From the IMG/VR virus record IMGVR_UViG_3300025083_000060, positions 1 through 50,470 of that record: a stretch of DNA of 50,470 nucleotides; one strand, 5' to 3'. Shown here piece by piece: positions 34,700-43,947 of this stretch. The notes below the pieces were generated by a model that did not search any database, was not told the DNA's origin, and saw only the letters and a program-made list of their open reading frames with translations. Each line of letters begins with the position of its first letter. The stretch's first letter is position 1. The position numbers and the translations under genes are program-made. Source of the stretch: a virus. Lineage: Duplodnaviria; Caudoviricetes.

Positions 34700-34946
34700 A
34701 AGTCAAAAGAGCCTGACCAGTTGGACCAAGCAGAAGTGGAGAACCAAAAGTGGTAAGCCATCGACGCAGGGTCCAAAGGCTACAGGTGAAAGGTATTTAC
34801 CTGAGAAGGCTATTAAGTCTCTTAGTGCTTCTGAGTATGCCGCTACATCACGAGCAAAACGAAAAGGCACTAAGGCGGGTAAGCAGTTTGTGGCTCAGCC
34901 TAAAAAAGTTAGAGCCAAAGTAAAACCGCATAGGAAGATAACATGA
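34686..34946 (+). CDS. basic hypothetical protein
   Basis: start re-assigned to MPKSKSQ; WTKQKWRTKSGK...GERYLP. Confidence 0.75.
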   Translation: MPKSKSQKSLTSWTKQKWRTKSGKPSTQGPKATGERYLPEKAIKSLSASEYAATSRAKRKGTKAGKQFVAQPKKVRAKVKPHRKIT

Positions 34947-35311
34947 CTCGTACACTTACAGAGAATCAACAAAGATTTATGGAAGTTCTCTTTGAAGAGG
35001 CTTCGGGTGATGTGGTACGTGCTAAGAAGTTAGCGGGTTACAGTGAGAATACTCCTACTCGTATGATTGTTGAATCTTTAAAGGATGAGATATTTGACGC
35101 AACTAAAACGTATATGTCTCGCTTGGGTCCTAAAGCGGCTTTTGCTTATTCAAGTGCTTTGGATGATCCTACCCAGTTAGGGATTAAGGAAAAGATGGTA
35201 GCTGCAGGTCAAGTATTAGATCGTGCTGGTGTTGTTAAGACAGAGCGTGTTTCTGTAGAAAGCTCTGGTGGTCTGTTTATTCTACCGCCTAAAGAAAGTG
35301 ACGATGGCTAA
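34943..35311 (+). CDS. putative terminase small subunit
   Basis: LTENQQRF...AKKLAGYS HTH-like N-terminus; upstream of TerL. Confidence 0.6.
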   Translation: MTRTLTENQQRFMEVLFEEASGDVVRAKKLAGYSENTPTRMIVESLKDEIFDATKTYMSRLGPKAAFAYSSALDDPTQLGIKEKMVAAGQVLDRAGVVKTERVSVESSGGLFILPPKESDDG

Positions 35312-35723
35312 GTACACTAAGAAGGAAGACTTAGGTTATTGGATGTTACCTAAGCCTGACTTTAAGAAAAGACAATGGGAAAAGATCCCTAGATTAACTA
35401 AACAATATGTTCCCTTCGGTTATGAGATAGACCCTGAAGACGATTCTTGGTTGATTCCTATAGTTAAAGAACTAGAACTATTAGAGCTTGCAAAGAAACA
35501 TATAAAGCAGTATAGTTATAGAGAAGTATCTGCATGGTTATCCACTCAGTCTGGTAGATACATTTCTCATATGGGATTAAAGAAGAGAATAGATGTCGAA
35601 AGAAGACGTAAATCAGTTGCTCAAATTAAGCGCAAGCTTGCCCAAAGGTACAAAAAAGCGATCCAGCAGTACGAAACGCTTGAAAAAGAAAGGGTCGGCT
35701 ACCACACCTACACCCAAGAGTAA
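35304..35723 (+). CDS. hypothetical DNA-binding protein
   Basis: VPFGYE...YSYREVSAWL...ISHMGLKK resembles a recombinase-domain/HTH segment; overlaps TerL start. Confidence 0.6.
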   Translation: MAKYTKKEDLGYWMLPKPDFKKRQWEKIPRLTKQYVPFGYEIDPEDDSWLIPIVKELELLELAKKHIKQYSYREVSAWLSTQSGRYISHMGLKKRIDVERRRKSVAQIKRKLAQRYKKAIQQYETLEKERVGYHTYTQE

Positions 35724-37182
35724 GGCTGAGTCTGCACAGGAAACAGTACCTGCAACAGTAATATCAGCGCCTTATGACGAAGAGGTAGCACAGAACGTAG
35801 TATTTAAGCCTAATCCCGGCCCTCAGACACAGTACTTAGCTTCAAGTGAACGTGAGGTCTTGTATGGTGGGGCAGCAGGTGGTGGTAAGAGTTACGCAAC
35901 TCTAGCTGATCCTTTACGTAGTTTGAATGACCCTGACTTTAGTGGGTTACTTGTACGTCACACAACAGAAGAGTTGCGTGAGCTTATACAAAAAAGTCAG
36001 GAACTTTATCCTAAAGCTATTCCGGGGATCAAGTGGTCTGAACGTAAGAGTCAATGGACTACACCTAGAGGTGGCAAGCTTTGGATGTCTTATCTAGATA
36101 GAGATACTGATGTTATGCGGTATCAAGGTCAGGCATTTAACTACATAGCATTTGACGAACTTACTCAGTGGTCTAGTCCTTTTGCGTGGGATTATATGCG
36201 CTCACGTTTGCGTACAGCTTCGCCTAACTTGAGCTTGTACATGAGAGCAACAACTAACCCCGGCGGTAGCGGCCACTCATGGGTCAAGAAGATGTTCATT
36301 GATCCTGCTAAGCCTAATACACCTTTTTGGGCTACTAATATAGAAACAGGTAATAGGCTAGAGTTTCCTAGAGGTCACTCCAAAGAAGGTGAGCCTTTAT
36401 TTAAAAGACGATTTATTCCTGCCAGTTTGTTTGATAACCCTTACTTAGCTGACAGCGGTGACTACGAGGCAATGCTTTTATCTTTGCCTGATCATCAGAG
36501 AAAGCAATTACTAGAAGGTGACTGGGATGTAAATGAAGGAGCAGCGTTTCCTGAGTTTAATAGAAAAGTACATGTAGTAGATAGCTACGATATACCTAGA
36601 AGCTGGACTAAGTTTAGATCATGTGACTACGGTTATGGAAGTTGGACAGGAGTTTTATGGTTTGCGGTAACTCCTTCAGAGCAACTAGTAGTGTACAGAG
36701 AGATGTACGTAACTAAAGTCACAGCTACAGATTTAGCTGATATGATACTAGAAGCAGAAGAAGATGATGGAACTATAAGATACGGCGTACTTGACTCGTC
36801 CCTCTGGCATAAAAGAGGTGATACTGGCCCGTCACTTGCAGAACAGATGAACATGAAGGGATGTCGCTGGAGGCCCTCAGATCGTTCTCGTGGTTCAAGG
36901 GTAGCAGGTAAGAACGAGATACATCGCCGTTTGCAGGTGGATGAGTTCACTGAAGAATCCCAACTCGTGTTCTTTTCCACCTGCACTCATACTATAGCGC
37001 AGATACCTAGTATTCCTCTAGATAAAAGAAACCCAGAGGATGTAGATACAAACGCAGAAGATCACTTGTATGATGCTTTGCGGTACGGTATAATGACACG
37101 CCCAAGAAGTTCCTTATGGGATTATAATCCTGCAACATCACGATCAGGCTTTCAAGCATCTGATCCAACATTTGGATATTAA
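35593..37182 (+). CDS. terL: terminase large subunit
   Basis: YGGAAGGGKS Walker A; IAFDE Walker B; ATTNPGG; nuclease DYGY and DHLYDALRY. Confidence 0.95.
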   Translation: MSKEDVNQLLKLSASLPKGTKKRSSSTKRLKKKGSATTPTPKSKAESAQETVPATVISAPYDEEVAQNVVFKPNPGPQTQYLASSEREVLYGGAAGGGKSYATLADPLRSLNDPDFSGLLVRHTTEELRELIQKSQELYPKAIPGIKWSERKSQWTTPRGGKLWMSYLDRDTDVMRYQGQAFNYIAFDELTQWSSPFAWDYMRSRLRTASPNLSLYMRATTNPGGSGHSWVKKMFIDPAKPNTPFWATNIETGNRLEFPRGHSKEGEPLFKRRFIPASLFDNPYLADSGDYEAMLLSLPDHQRKQLLEGDWDVNEGAAFPEFNRKVHVVDSYDIPRSWTKFRSCDYGYGSWTGVLWFAVTPSEQLVVYREMYVTKVTATDLADMILEAEEDDGTIRYGVLDSSLWHKRGDTGPSLAEQMNMKGCRWRPSDRSRGSRVAGKNEIHRRLQVDEFTEESQLVFFSTCTHTIAQIPSIPLDKRNPEDVDTNAEDHLYDALRYGIMTRPRSSLWDYNPATSRSGFQASDPTFGY

Positions 37183-37184
37183 GT

Positions 37185-39347
37185 ATGGACCCTAAAGATT
37201 TTGACGATACCTACGAGGAAAACATTGAATCCTCTGACTCTTCTTTTATTAAGGATGTATCAAACGCTGATGCACTTTTTGACGAGAAGGTAGGAACTAT
37301 TACTGGTTTCGTTAGCGAGCGTTACAAAAAAGCGGAGGATGCTCGTCTTGTAGATGAAGAGCGTTGGATGCGGGCTTACCGTAACTACCGTGGTATGTAC
37401 AGTTCAGATGTACAATTTACAGAAGCTGAGCGTTCTCGTATCTTTGTTAAGGTAACTAAGACTAAAACTTTAGCAGCTTACGGACAAGTAATTGACGTAC
37501 TGTTTGGTAATTCTAAGTTTCCTATTAGCGTAGATCCTACTACTTTACCTGAAGGTGTTGTTGAGTCTGTACACTTTGACGCTAATCCGCAAGCAGAGCA
37601 AGGTAAAGACGAACTTACTTCTGCATTTGAGCCTATGAAAACACCTTTCACAGGTGATGAAAAGCTTCAGCCCGGCGAGACTTTAAACGACTTACAAGAG
37701 CGTTTAGCAGGTATGAAGAATAAACTGGCTCCTGTACAAGAGAAGCTTGTTGAGGGTTCGGGTACGTTACCTACTAGTGTTACTTTCTTTCCTGCACAAG
37801 TGGCAGCTAAGAAGATGCAAAAGAAAATTCATGATCAACTAGAAGAAAGCGGAGCCAATAAACAGCTTCGCCTTAGTTCTTTTGAACTAGCTCTTTTTGG
37901 TACAGGTATTATGAAAGGACCTTTTGCTGTCAATAAAGAATATTCTAATTGGAATGAAGAAGGTGAGTATACGCCTGTAATTAAAACAGTACCTTCTACA
38001 AGTCATGTTTCTATCTGGAACTTCTATCCTGATCCTGATGCAGCAAACATGGATGAAGCAGAGTATATTGTTGAGCGTCATAAGATGTCTCGCTCACAAC
38101 TACGTGCTCTCAAGGGGCGTCCCTTCTTCCGTGACAATGCTATCGACATCTCGCTTAACTTGGGTGAGTCCTACGACAAGAAGTGGTGGGAACAGGAGAT
38201 GGAAGATGATAAGCAAAGCAGTAAAGCAGAACGCTATGAAGTGTTTGAGTTCTGGGGTTTTGTTGATAAAGAAGTACTAAAAGGGTATGACATAGATATC
38301 CCTAAAGAGTTAAAAGATTCAGATCAACTTAACGTAAACATTTGGGTATGTAACGGACAAGTACTACGTTTGGTTATGAATCCATTTAAACCTGCACTGA
38401 TTCCTTACTATGCTGTACCCTACGAAGTTAATCCTTACTCATTCTTTGGGGTAGGTATTGCGGAGAATATGGATGACACACAGACCCTTATGAATGGGTT
38501 TATGCGTATGGCGGTAGATAACGCAGTACTTTCGGGTAACTTGTTGATCGAAGTTGACGAGACTAACTTAGTACCGGGACAGGATATGTCTGTGTACCCG
38601 GGCAAGGTGTTTCGGAGACAGGGGGGTGCCCCGGGTCAAGGCATTTTTGGGACCAAGTTTCCGAATGTCGCTGGCGAGAACATGCAACTATTTGATAAAG
38701 CAAGAGTATTAGCAGATGAGTCAACTGGATTCCCATCTTTCGCACATGGTCAAACAGGCGTTACGGGTGTTGGTCGTACTGCTAGTGGCATTAGCATGCT
38801 TATGGGTGCAGCCAACGGCTCTATACGGAATGTAATCAAGAACGTAGATGACTATCTGCTTAGCCCTTTAGGTAAAGCTTTCTTTAATTTCAACATGCAG
38901 TTTGATTATGATCCTGAAATTAGAGGTGACTTAGAAGTAAAATCTCAGGGTACTGAAAGCTTAATGGCTAATGAAGTACGCTCACAACGCTTGATGCAGT
39001 TCTTGCAAGTTGCACAGAACCCAACACTAGCACCGTTTGCTAAGATGGATTACATCATTCGTGAGATTGCTATCAGCATGGATCTGGACCCCGATAAGGT
39101 TACTAACTCTATGCAAGACGCAGCTATCCAAGCAGAGATCCTAAAGGGGTTCACAGCGCCTCAACAGCCGCCGCAAGGGGTGCCTAGCCCAGAAGGTGGA
39201 GAGGCTCCTCAAGGCGCTCCTCAAGCGGCCCCTGAAGGTGCACCACCACAGGGCGCAGCAGATATGAGTGGCGGTGGCGGTGGTAACATTGGTATCGGTG
39301 GTGCAGCAGCGCCGGGTGAACAAGGCTTTAGCGGGAACGTACAGTAA
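37185..39347 (+). CDS. portal protein
   Basis: 720 aa directly after TerL; FGTGIMKGP, FFGVG motifs; P/Q/G-rich tail. Confidence 0.88.
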   Translation: MDPKDFDDTYEENIESSDSSFIKDVSNADALFDEKVGTITGFVSERYKKAEDARLVDEERWMRAYRNYRGMYSSDVQFTEAERSRIFVKVTKTKTLAAYGQVIDVLFGNSKFPISVDPTTLPEGVVESVHFDANPQAEQGKDELTSAFEPMKTPFTGDEKLQPGETLNDLQERLAGMKNKLAPVQEKLVEGSGTLPTSVTFFPAQVAAKKMQKKIHDQLEESGANKQLRLSSFELALFGTGIMKGPFAVNKEYSNWNEEGEYTPVIKTVPSTSHVSIWNFYPDPDAANMDEAEYIVERHKMSRSQLRALKGRPFFRDNAIDISLNLGESYDKKWWEQEMEDDKQSSKAERYEVFEFWGFVDKEVLKGYDIDIPKELKDSDQLNVNIWVCNGQVLRLVMNPFKPALIPYYAVPYEVNPYSFFGVGIAENMDDTQTLMNGFMRMAVDNAVLSGNLLIEVDETNLVPGQDMSVYPGKVFRRQGGAPGQGIFGTKFPNVAGENMQLFDKARVLADESTGFPSFAHGQTGVTGVGRTASGISMLMGAANGSIRNVIKNVDDYLLSPLGKAFFNFNMQFDYDPEIRGDLEVKSQGTESLMANEVRSQRLMQFLQVAQNPTLAPFAKMDYIIREIAISMDLDPDKVTNSMQDAAIQAEILKGFTAPQQPPQGVPSPEGGEAPQGAPQAAPEGAPPQGAADMSGGGGGNIGIGGAAAPGEQGFSGNVQ

Positions 39348-40915
39348 TGTCATCAATCAGTAGGCTTATATCTAAAGAACTTAGGAATGCATTTAACATG
39401 CCTTCGGGCGCTATTGATAATCCTAAGTATAATCCTCTGTTTAAAGAAGGTAAAAGAGATCCTGTAAAGCTGTCTGAAGAGGATGAAAAACTTACTTGGG
39501 ATATGGTTGGTTTAGAAGATACTGTAGTTGCAGAATTTTATAGTCCTTTAGAATCCGCTATACAGGAAGCACCTATAGGTAAAAAGGGTACTAAAGGTCA
39601 GAACATAGAAGCGTTTGTGCGTAAACGTGCACCTAAAGTTTCTCAAGGAGAATTAGACTTTAGGCAGTTTGGATTAGAACCTGAAGAAAAGTATACTAAG
39701 GATGTGATAAGCGGAGCTTTTGAATTAGATCCTCTAAAGATACAAGCTTTAAAAAAAGCACCTAAATATAGAGGTACGCAAAGACAGACAGACCTAGAAG
39801 ATTTAGATATAGGTTATCAGGAAATAGGCATTGATGTTATACAAAAAGACTTAGGTTTAATGACGCATCATGGACCTTCTACACTAGCACATGCTAGGTA
39901 TAGCTATAGACAAGAAACTCCTTTGTATAAAACAGAGGCAGAAAAACTTTCTAATGTAAGATTCGATGAAGATGCTGATTATCTTTTAATAGAAGAACTT
40001 CAATCTGATGTAATTCAAAAAATGGTAGACAACCCTGAAAAAGCTAAAGCAGAATCTATACAAAAATATAGAAAACAATTTGAATCAGATATAGATGATA
40101 TAGCCTTTAACAGAGAGTTTGCACAACCCGGAGACTTATTTGAAGAATTTGAAGATTACGTATTTGACAAATATATACCTATAATGACAGACAAAAAACT
40201 TACAGAGGTAGAAAAGTCAGAAAAACTTAAAAAAATATTAGGTGAAAATACACCTGACACCGCTAATAAATTTTATGACGTAACATCCCCTCTTACACTC
40301 CGAATGTATTTTGATGTGTTAGCCGCTAAAAAACTTAATGTATTTGATTTCCCCGATAGATCTGATGTATTACAGAGTATCGTGTCAGGGGCGAATGAAG
40401 TTATAAACAATAGTCGAATGGCTACATCTAAAAAAGACACTCCCTTACCTAAGCTTACAGATTCTGTAAGAGTCTTATTGCAATCTATTATTGCAGATGC
40501 TAAAGCTAATAATGTTGATGAAATTGTATTACCGCCTATTGAAAAGCTTGCAGAAAAACGCTTCTCGAAAGGTTCAAAAGAATATGAGAGTGCTATAAAA
40601 AAAGGTTCAGGTTTCTACAATACATACGTTACCGCTTTTGATAAAGCACTTAAGCAATTAAAAGATGAACTAGGCGATCAAATAAAGATAGGCAAAAAAG
40701 ATTTAAACTATAAACGTACTGGTATGAGTAAAAAAGATCAGTTACTAGCTGAGCGTTTTCCTAGAGGGGATTTGGCTAAAAGATTAAAAGCAGCAGCAGA
40801 AAAACCTGAAATACTACAAGGTAAGTCTATTAACATTAAAGATTTAAAGCTAGATCCTAAAAAGCAGAAACTACGGTTTAACCAAGGTGGCTTAGTACAA
40901 AGACCCAACAAATGA
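39347..40915 (+). CDS. hypothetical protein (possible virion-packaged enzyme)
   Basis: 522 aa; FYSPLE, LLIEELQSD motifs; ends in FNQGGLV. Confidence 0.7.
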   Translation: MSSISRLISKELRNAFNMPSGAIDNPKYNPLFKEGKRDPVKLSEEDEKLTWDMVGLEDTVVAEFYSPLESAIQEAPIGKKGTKGQNIEAFVRKRAPKVSQGELDFRQFGLEPEEKYTKDVISGAFELDPLKIQALKKAPKYRGTQRQTDLEDLDIGYQEIGIDVIQKDLGLMTHHGPSTLAHARYSYRQETPLYKTEAEKLSNVRFDEDADYLLIEELQSDVIQKMVDNPEKAKAESIQKYRKQFESDIDDIAFNREFAQPGDLFEEFEDYVFDKYIPIMTDKKLTEVEKSEKLKKILGENTPDTANKFYDVTSPLTLRMYFDVLAAKKLNVFDFPDRSDVLQSIVSGANEVINNSRMATSKKDTPLPKLTDSVRVLLQSIIADAKANNVDEIVLPPIEKLAEKRFSKGSKEYESAIKKGSGFYNTYVTAFDKALKQLKDELGDQIKIGKKDLNYKRTGMSKKDQLLAERFPRGDLAKRLKAAAEKPEILQGKSINIKDLKLDPKKQKLRFNQGGLVQRPNK

Positions 40916-41103
40916 TAATAAAAAAACTAGTAAACGATAAACCTCTATGGGATTCTTTTTGTGAAACTGTTGATAATAAAATCAGTCAGGTACATAAGAA
41001 CATGGAACAATTAAAATCACCAGAAGAGTTGTTTCGCTGTCAAGGTGAGATAGCTGCTCTACGTAAACTCAAATACTTGAGGGATGAAATAAATGGCTCT
41101 TGA
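40912..41103 (+). CDS. small hypothetical head-module protein
   Basis: 63 aa; FRCQGEIAALRKL. Confidence 0.75.
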   Translation: MIIKKLVNDKPLWDSFCETVDNKISQVHKNMEQLKSPEELFRCQGEIAALRKLKYLRDEINGS

Positions 41104-42736
41104 AGATCAGATGAACGAAATGATAACAGAACCTTCTGTTGATCCTGTTAGTGGAAACGAAATACCTCTAGGCTCTACTGCTGAAGAAGTACGAGATGAC
41201 ATAGACGCTAAACTTTCTGAGGGTGAGTATGTTGTACCTGCAGATGTATTACGTTTCTACGGTGTAAAGTTTTTTGAGGATTTGCGTGACAAGGCAAAGT
41301 CTGAGTATGCTGAAATGGCAGAAGAAGGACGCATAGGTGGAGAGCCTGTCTCTGAAGAAGGTCCTGAAGATGTAGAGATTTCTGACGAGGATATGATGGA
41401 AGGCATCTCTGATGAGGACATGGCTGACATAAAAGCGGTATTGGAAGGTACAGCTTCTTTGCCTATGGATGCCAGTGATGAAGATATGGCTGAAGTACAA
41501 AGCGTTATGGAAGGTGAAGCTACAACGACTATGGCACAAGGTGGTATTACTTCTATGCCTAAAGCCTCTCAGATGAATGTACGAGAAGATGTAGACGGTA
41601 TGATAGACCGCATGTATGAGATGGTTAAGAACAACCCAGAGGTAAAAAAGAAACTGGATGCTAAAGGTATTAAGATGGCAGAAGGTGGTTATGTAAAGGG
41701 TTACGCAGATGGCGGCTTTGAAGATGGCTCTGAACCTGACTTTTTATCAGGCTCTAATACTGGTCCTGTTCCTAGCTTTCTTTCAGGTATGGGTGCATTA
41801 GGTTTTTCCCAGACTTTAGGTGCTACACAAGGTTACTCAGGTCCTAGAGCTACAGAGCTTGTGGACTACTATAATCCTTCTACAGGTGCTACTATGCAGA
41901 TTTCTGTATATTCCGACACTAAGCAGCCTGTAACTCCTGTACCTCAAGGGTTTCAATTAGGTAAACCTCAAGCTCCTTCTCGGAGGGATTCTGATGACGA
42001 TGATGACGATGATAAACCACCAGCACCTAGATGGTATGATGACATAGAGTTTGGTAATTCTGAGTCTGTTTCTGAGTGGGCTAAGACACAGAAGGGTCCA
42101 CCTTCTTTACTGAGAGCTTCTGCTATTGGTGCTGCTGGTACAGTTAGTACTGTAGCAAACTTACGTGCTGCTGCTATACTAGAGAAAGCTAAGAATGGCG
42201 GTAAAGATAACAGCACTAGTACTTCTTTGAATGAACAAGCTAATGCTATGCAAGAAACGTATAGCCCTTTTGAGAAGTTTCTCTCTAAGATGTTTGGTGA
42301 TTCAGGTGAAGTACAAGCTAAGTTTGCATCTTCGCAGGTAGGAATTAACTTGGCAGATCCTACTAAGAATACTATTGAGCCTACTCCACCAGAGAAAGAT
42401 AATAACGGCGGTGGCGGCTCAGATAATAACGGCGGCGGCTCAAATGATGATCCAATCACACCAACTCCCCCTTCAACACCCAGCAAGGATAGTTCAGGTA
42501 GTGGTTCAACAAATCCCGGAGACAGAGGATTTACGCCCGGAAGTCAAACACCTCCTTCTGCCTCTTCAGATGTAGGTAATGATGGTATGACAGATGCAGA
42601 AAGAGAATCTGGTGCTGGATCATATAGTAGAGACACAGAAGATGATAATAAGGGTTTATCTGGTAGTGCATCAAATGTTGCTGATGCAAAGGACTTAGGC
42701 TATAACAAAGGCGGCTTGATGAAGAAACGAAAGTAA
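41093..42736 (+). CDS. acidic head-module protein with DDIDAKLSEGEYVVPA domain and multiple xxxGG motifs
   Basis: 547 aa between portal and scaffold; low-complexity C-terminus. Confidence 0.75.
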   Translation: MALEDQMNEMITEPSVDPVSGNEIPLGSTAEEVRDDIDAKLSEGEYVVPADVLRFYGVKFFEDLRDKAKSEYAEMAEEGRIGGEPVSEEGPEDVEISDEDMMEGISDEDMADIKAVLEGTASLPMDASDEDMAEVQSVMEGEATTTMAQGGITSMPKASQMNVREDVDGMIDRMYEMVKNNPEVKKKLDAKGIKMAEGGYVKGYADGGFEDGSEPDFLSGSNTGPVPSFLSGMGALGFSQTLGATQGYSGPRATELVDYYNPSTGATMQISVYSDTKQPVTPVPQGFQLGKPQAPSRRDSDDDDDDDKPPAPRWYDDIEFGNSESVSEWAKTQKGPPSLLRASAIGAAGTVSTVANLRAAAILEKAKNGGKDNSTSTSLNEQANAMQETYSPFEKFLSKMFGDSGEVQAKFASSQVGINLADPTKNTIEPTPPEKDNNGGGGSDNNGGGSNDDPITPTPPSTPSKDSSGSGSTNPGDRGFTPGSQTPPSASSDVGNDGMTDAERESGAGSYSRDTEDDNKGLSGSASNVADAKDLGYNKGGLMKKRK

Positions 42737-42801
42737 AGACTAACCATAATAACTATAAGGCTACCCAGCTACGGCTGGCCCCAACATAAAGGAACTAAAC
42801 T

Positions 42802-43680
42802 ATGGCACAACTAGAGAGTGTAGAACAACCAAAAGTAGCAGGATTTGTAGATTCTAATTACAGCAATGCTAATAAGAGACGTATTGAAAAAGAGGAAGAG
42901 GAACTTCAGAAGCTTGTAAATGGAGAGACTACTGAAGAAGATCAAAAAGTAGAAACCAAAGAAGCCTCTGAGGAAGAAACCAAAGACGAGAAACTTTCTG
43001 GTGAAGAACGTACATATAAGAAACGCTATAGTGATTTACGTAATCATTTAAACAAGCAGTCAGAAGAACTAAAGAAGCTAAAGACACAGTTAGAAAATGC
43101 GCAGGAACGTGGTGAGATACGTGCACCTAAGTCTGATGAAGACATTGCTAATTGGGCAGAGAAGTACCCTGATGTCGCAGCTATCGTTGAGACAATTGCA
43201 GAAAAGAAAGCTCAAGAGAAGTTTAACTTAGCTGAAGGGCGTCTACAAGAACTAGACCGTATGTCTGCAGAAGCTGAGCGTAACAAGAATGAAGATGCTA
43301 TTCGTGATGCGCATCCTGACTTTGATGATTTACGAGAGAGTGATGCCTTTCATGATTGGGCTGGAGAGCAACCTAAGTGGGTACAAGATGCTATCTACGA
43401 GAACAGTGATGATCCAAGATCTGTAGTTCGTGTTATTGATCTATATAAAGTAGATAATAATATGGACACCAAGTCTCGTAAGAAGTCTAGTAAGGAAGCA
43501 GCATCTGCTGTGGTCACTAAACGAACAACTAAACCTGAATCAAACGACTCAGCAGGACGATTCAGTGAATCTCAAGTTAATAGCATGTCTGTGCATGAAT
43601 ATGAAAAGAACTCAGATGCTATTATGGAAGCTATGCGCACTGGTAAGTTTGTCTACGATATGACAGGCGGCGCACGGTAA
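42802..43680 (+). CDS. capsid scaffolding protein
   Basis: acidic coiled coil (YKKRYSDLR, HPDFDDL, FHDW) directly upstream of MCP. Confidence 0.8.
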   Translation: MAQLESVEQPKVAGFVDSNYSNANKRRIEKEEEELQKLVNGETTEEDQKVETKEASEEETKDEKLSGEERTYKKRYSDLRNHLNKQSEELKKLKTQLENAQERGEIRAPKSDEDIANWAEKYPDVAAIVETIAEKKAQEKFNLAEGRLQELDRMSAEAERNKNEDAIRDAHPDFDDLRESDAFHDWAGEQPKWVQDAIYENSDDPRSVVRVIDLYKVDNNMDTKSRKKSSKEAASAVVTKRTTKPESNDSAGRFSESQVNSMSVHEYEKNSDAIMEAMRTGKFVYDMTGGAR

Positions 43681-43694
43681 ATCAAAAATTGTTA

Positions 43695-43722
43695 TTGACA
43701 ACCTATATTTAGTAAGTATAAC
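43695..43722 (+). promoter_or_regulatory. sigma70-type promoter for capsid operon
   Basis: TTGACA-N16-TATAAC. Confidence 0.75.
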
Positions 43723-43947
43723 TATAGGTGTTATAGGAGTATAGTACAAGCCTCTGAAAAGACTACCTTGTATTATACTCAACTCACTAAGCTAAAAACT
43801 AATAAGTTAAGACTTACCTGTTAGAATAGGCCCGTTGTTTTGTTGGTTGGCCGACTGACATAATATACGCACCCTAGAAAGACAGCCTCTTACTAAATGT
43901 TACAAGCTTAATTAAACCTAAGCCAAACATCTATGGAGGATTATATC

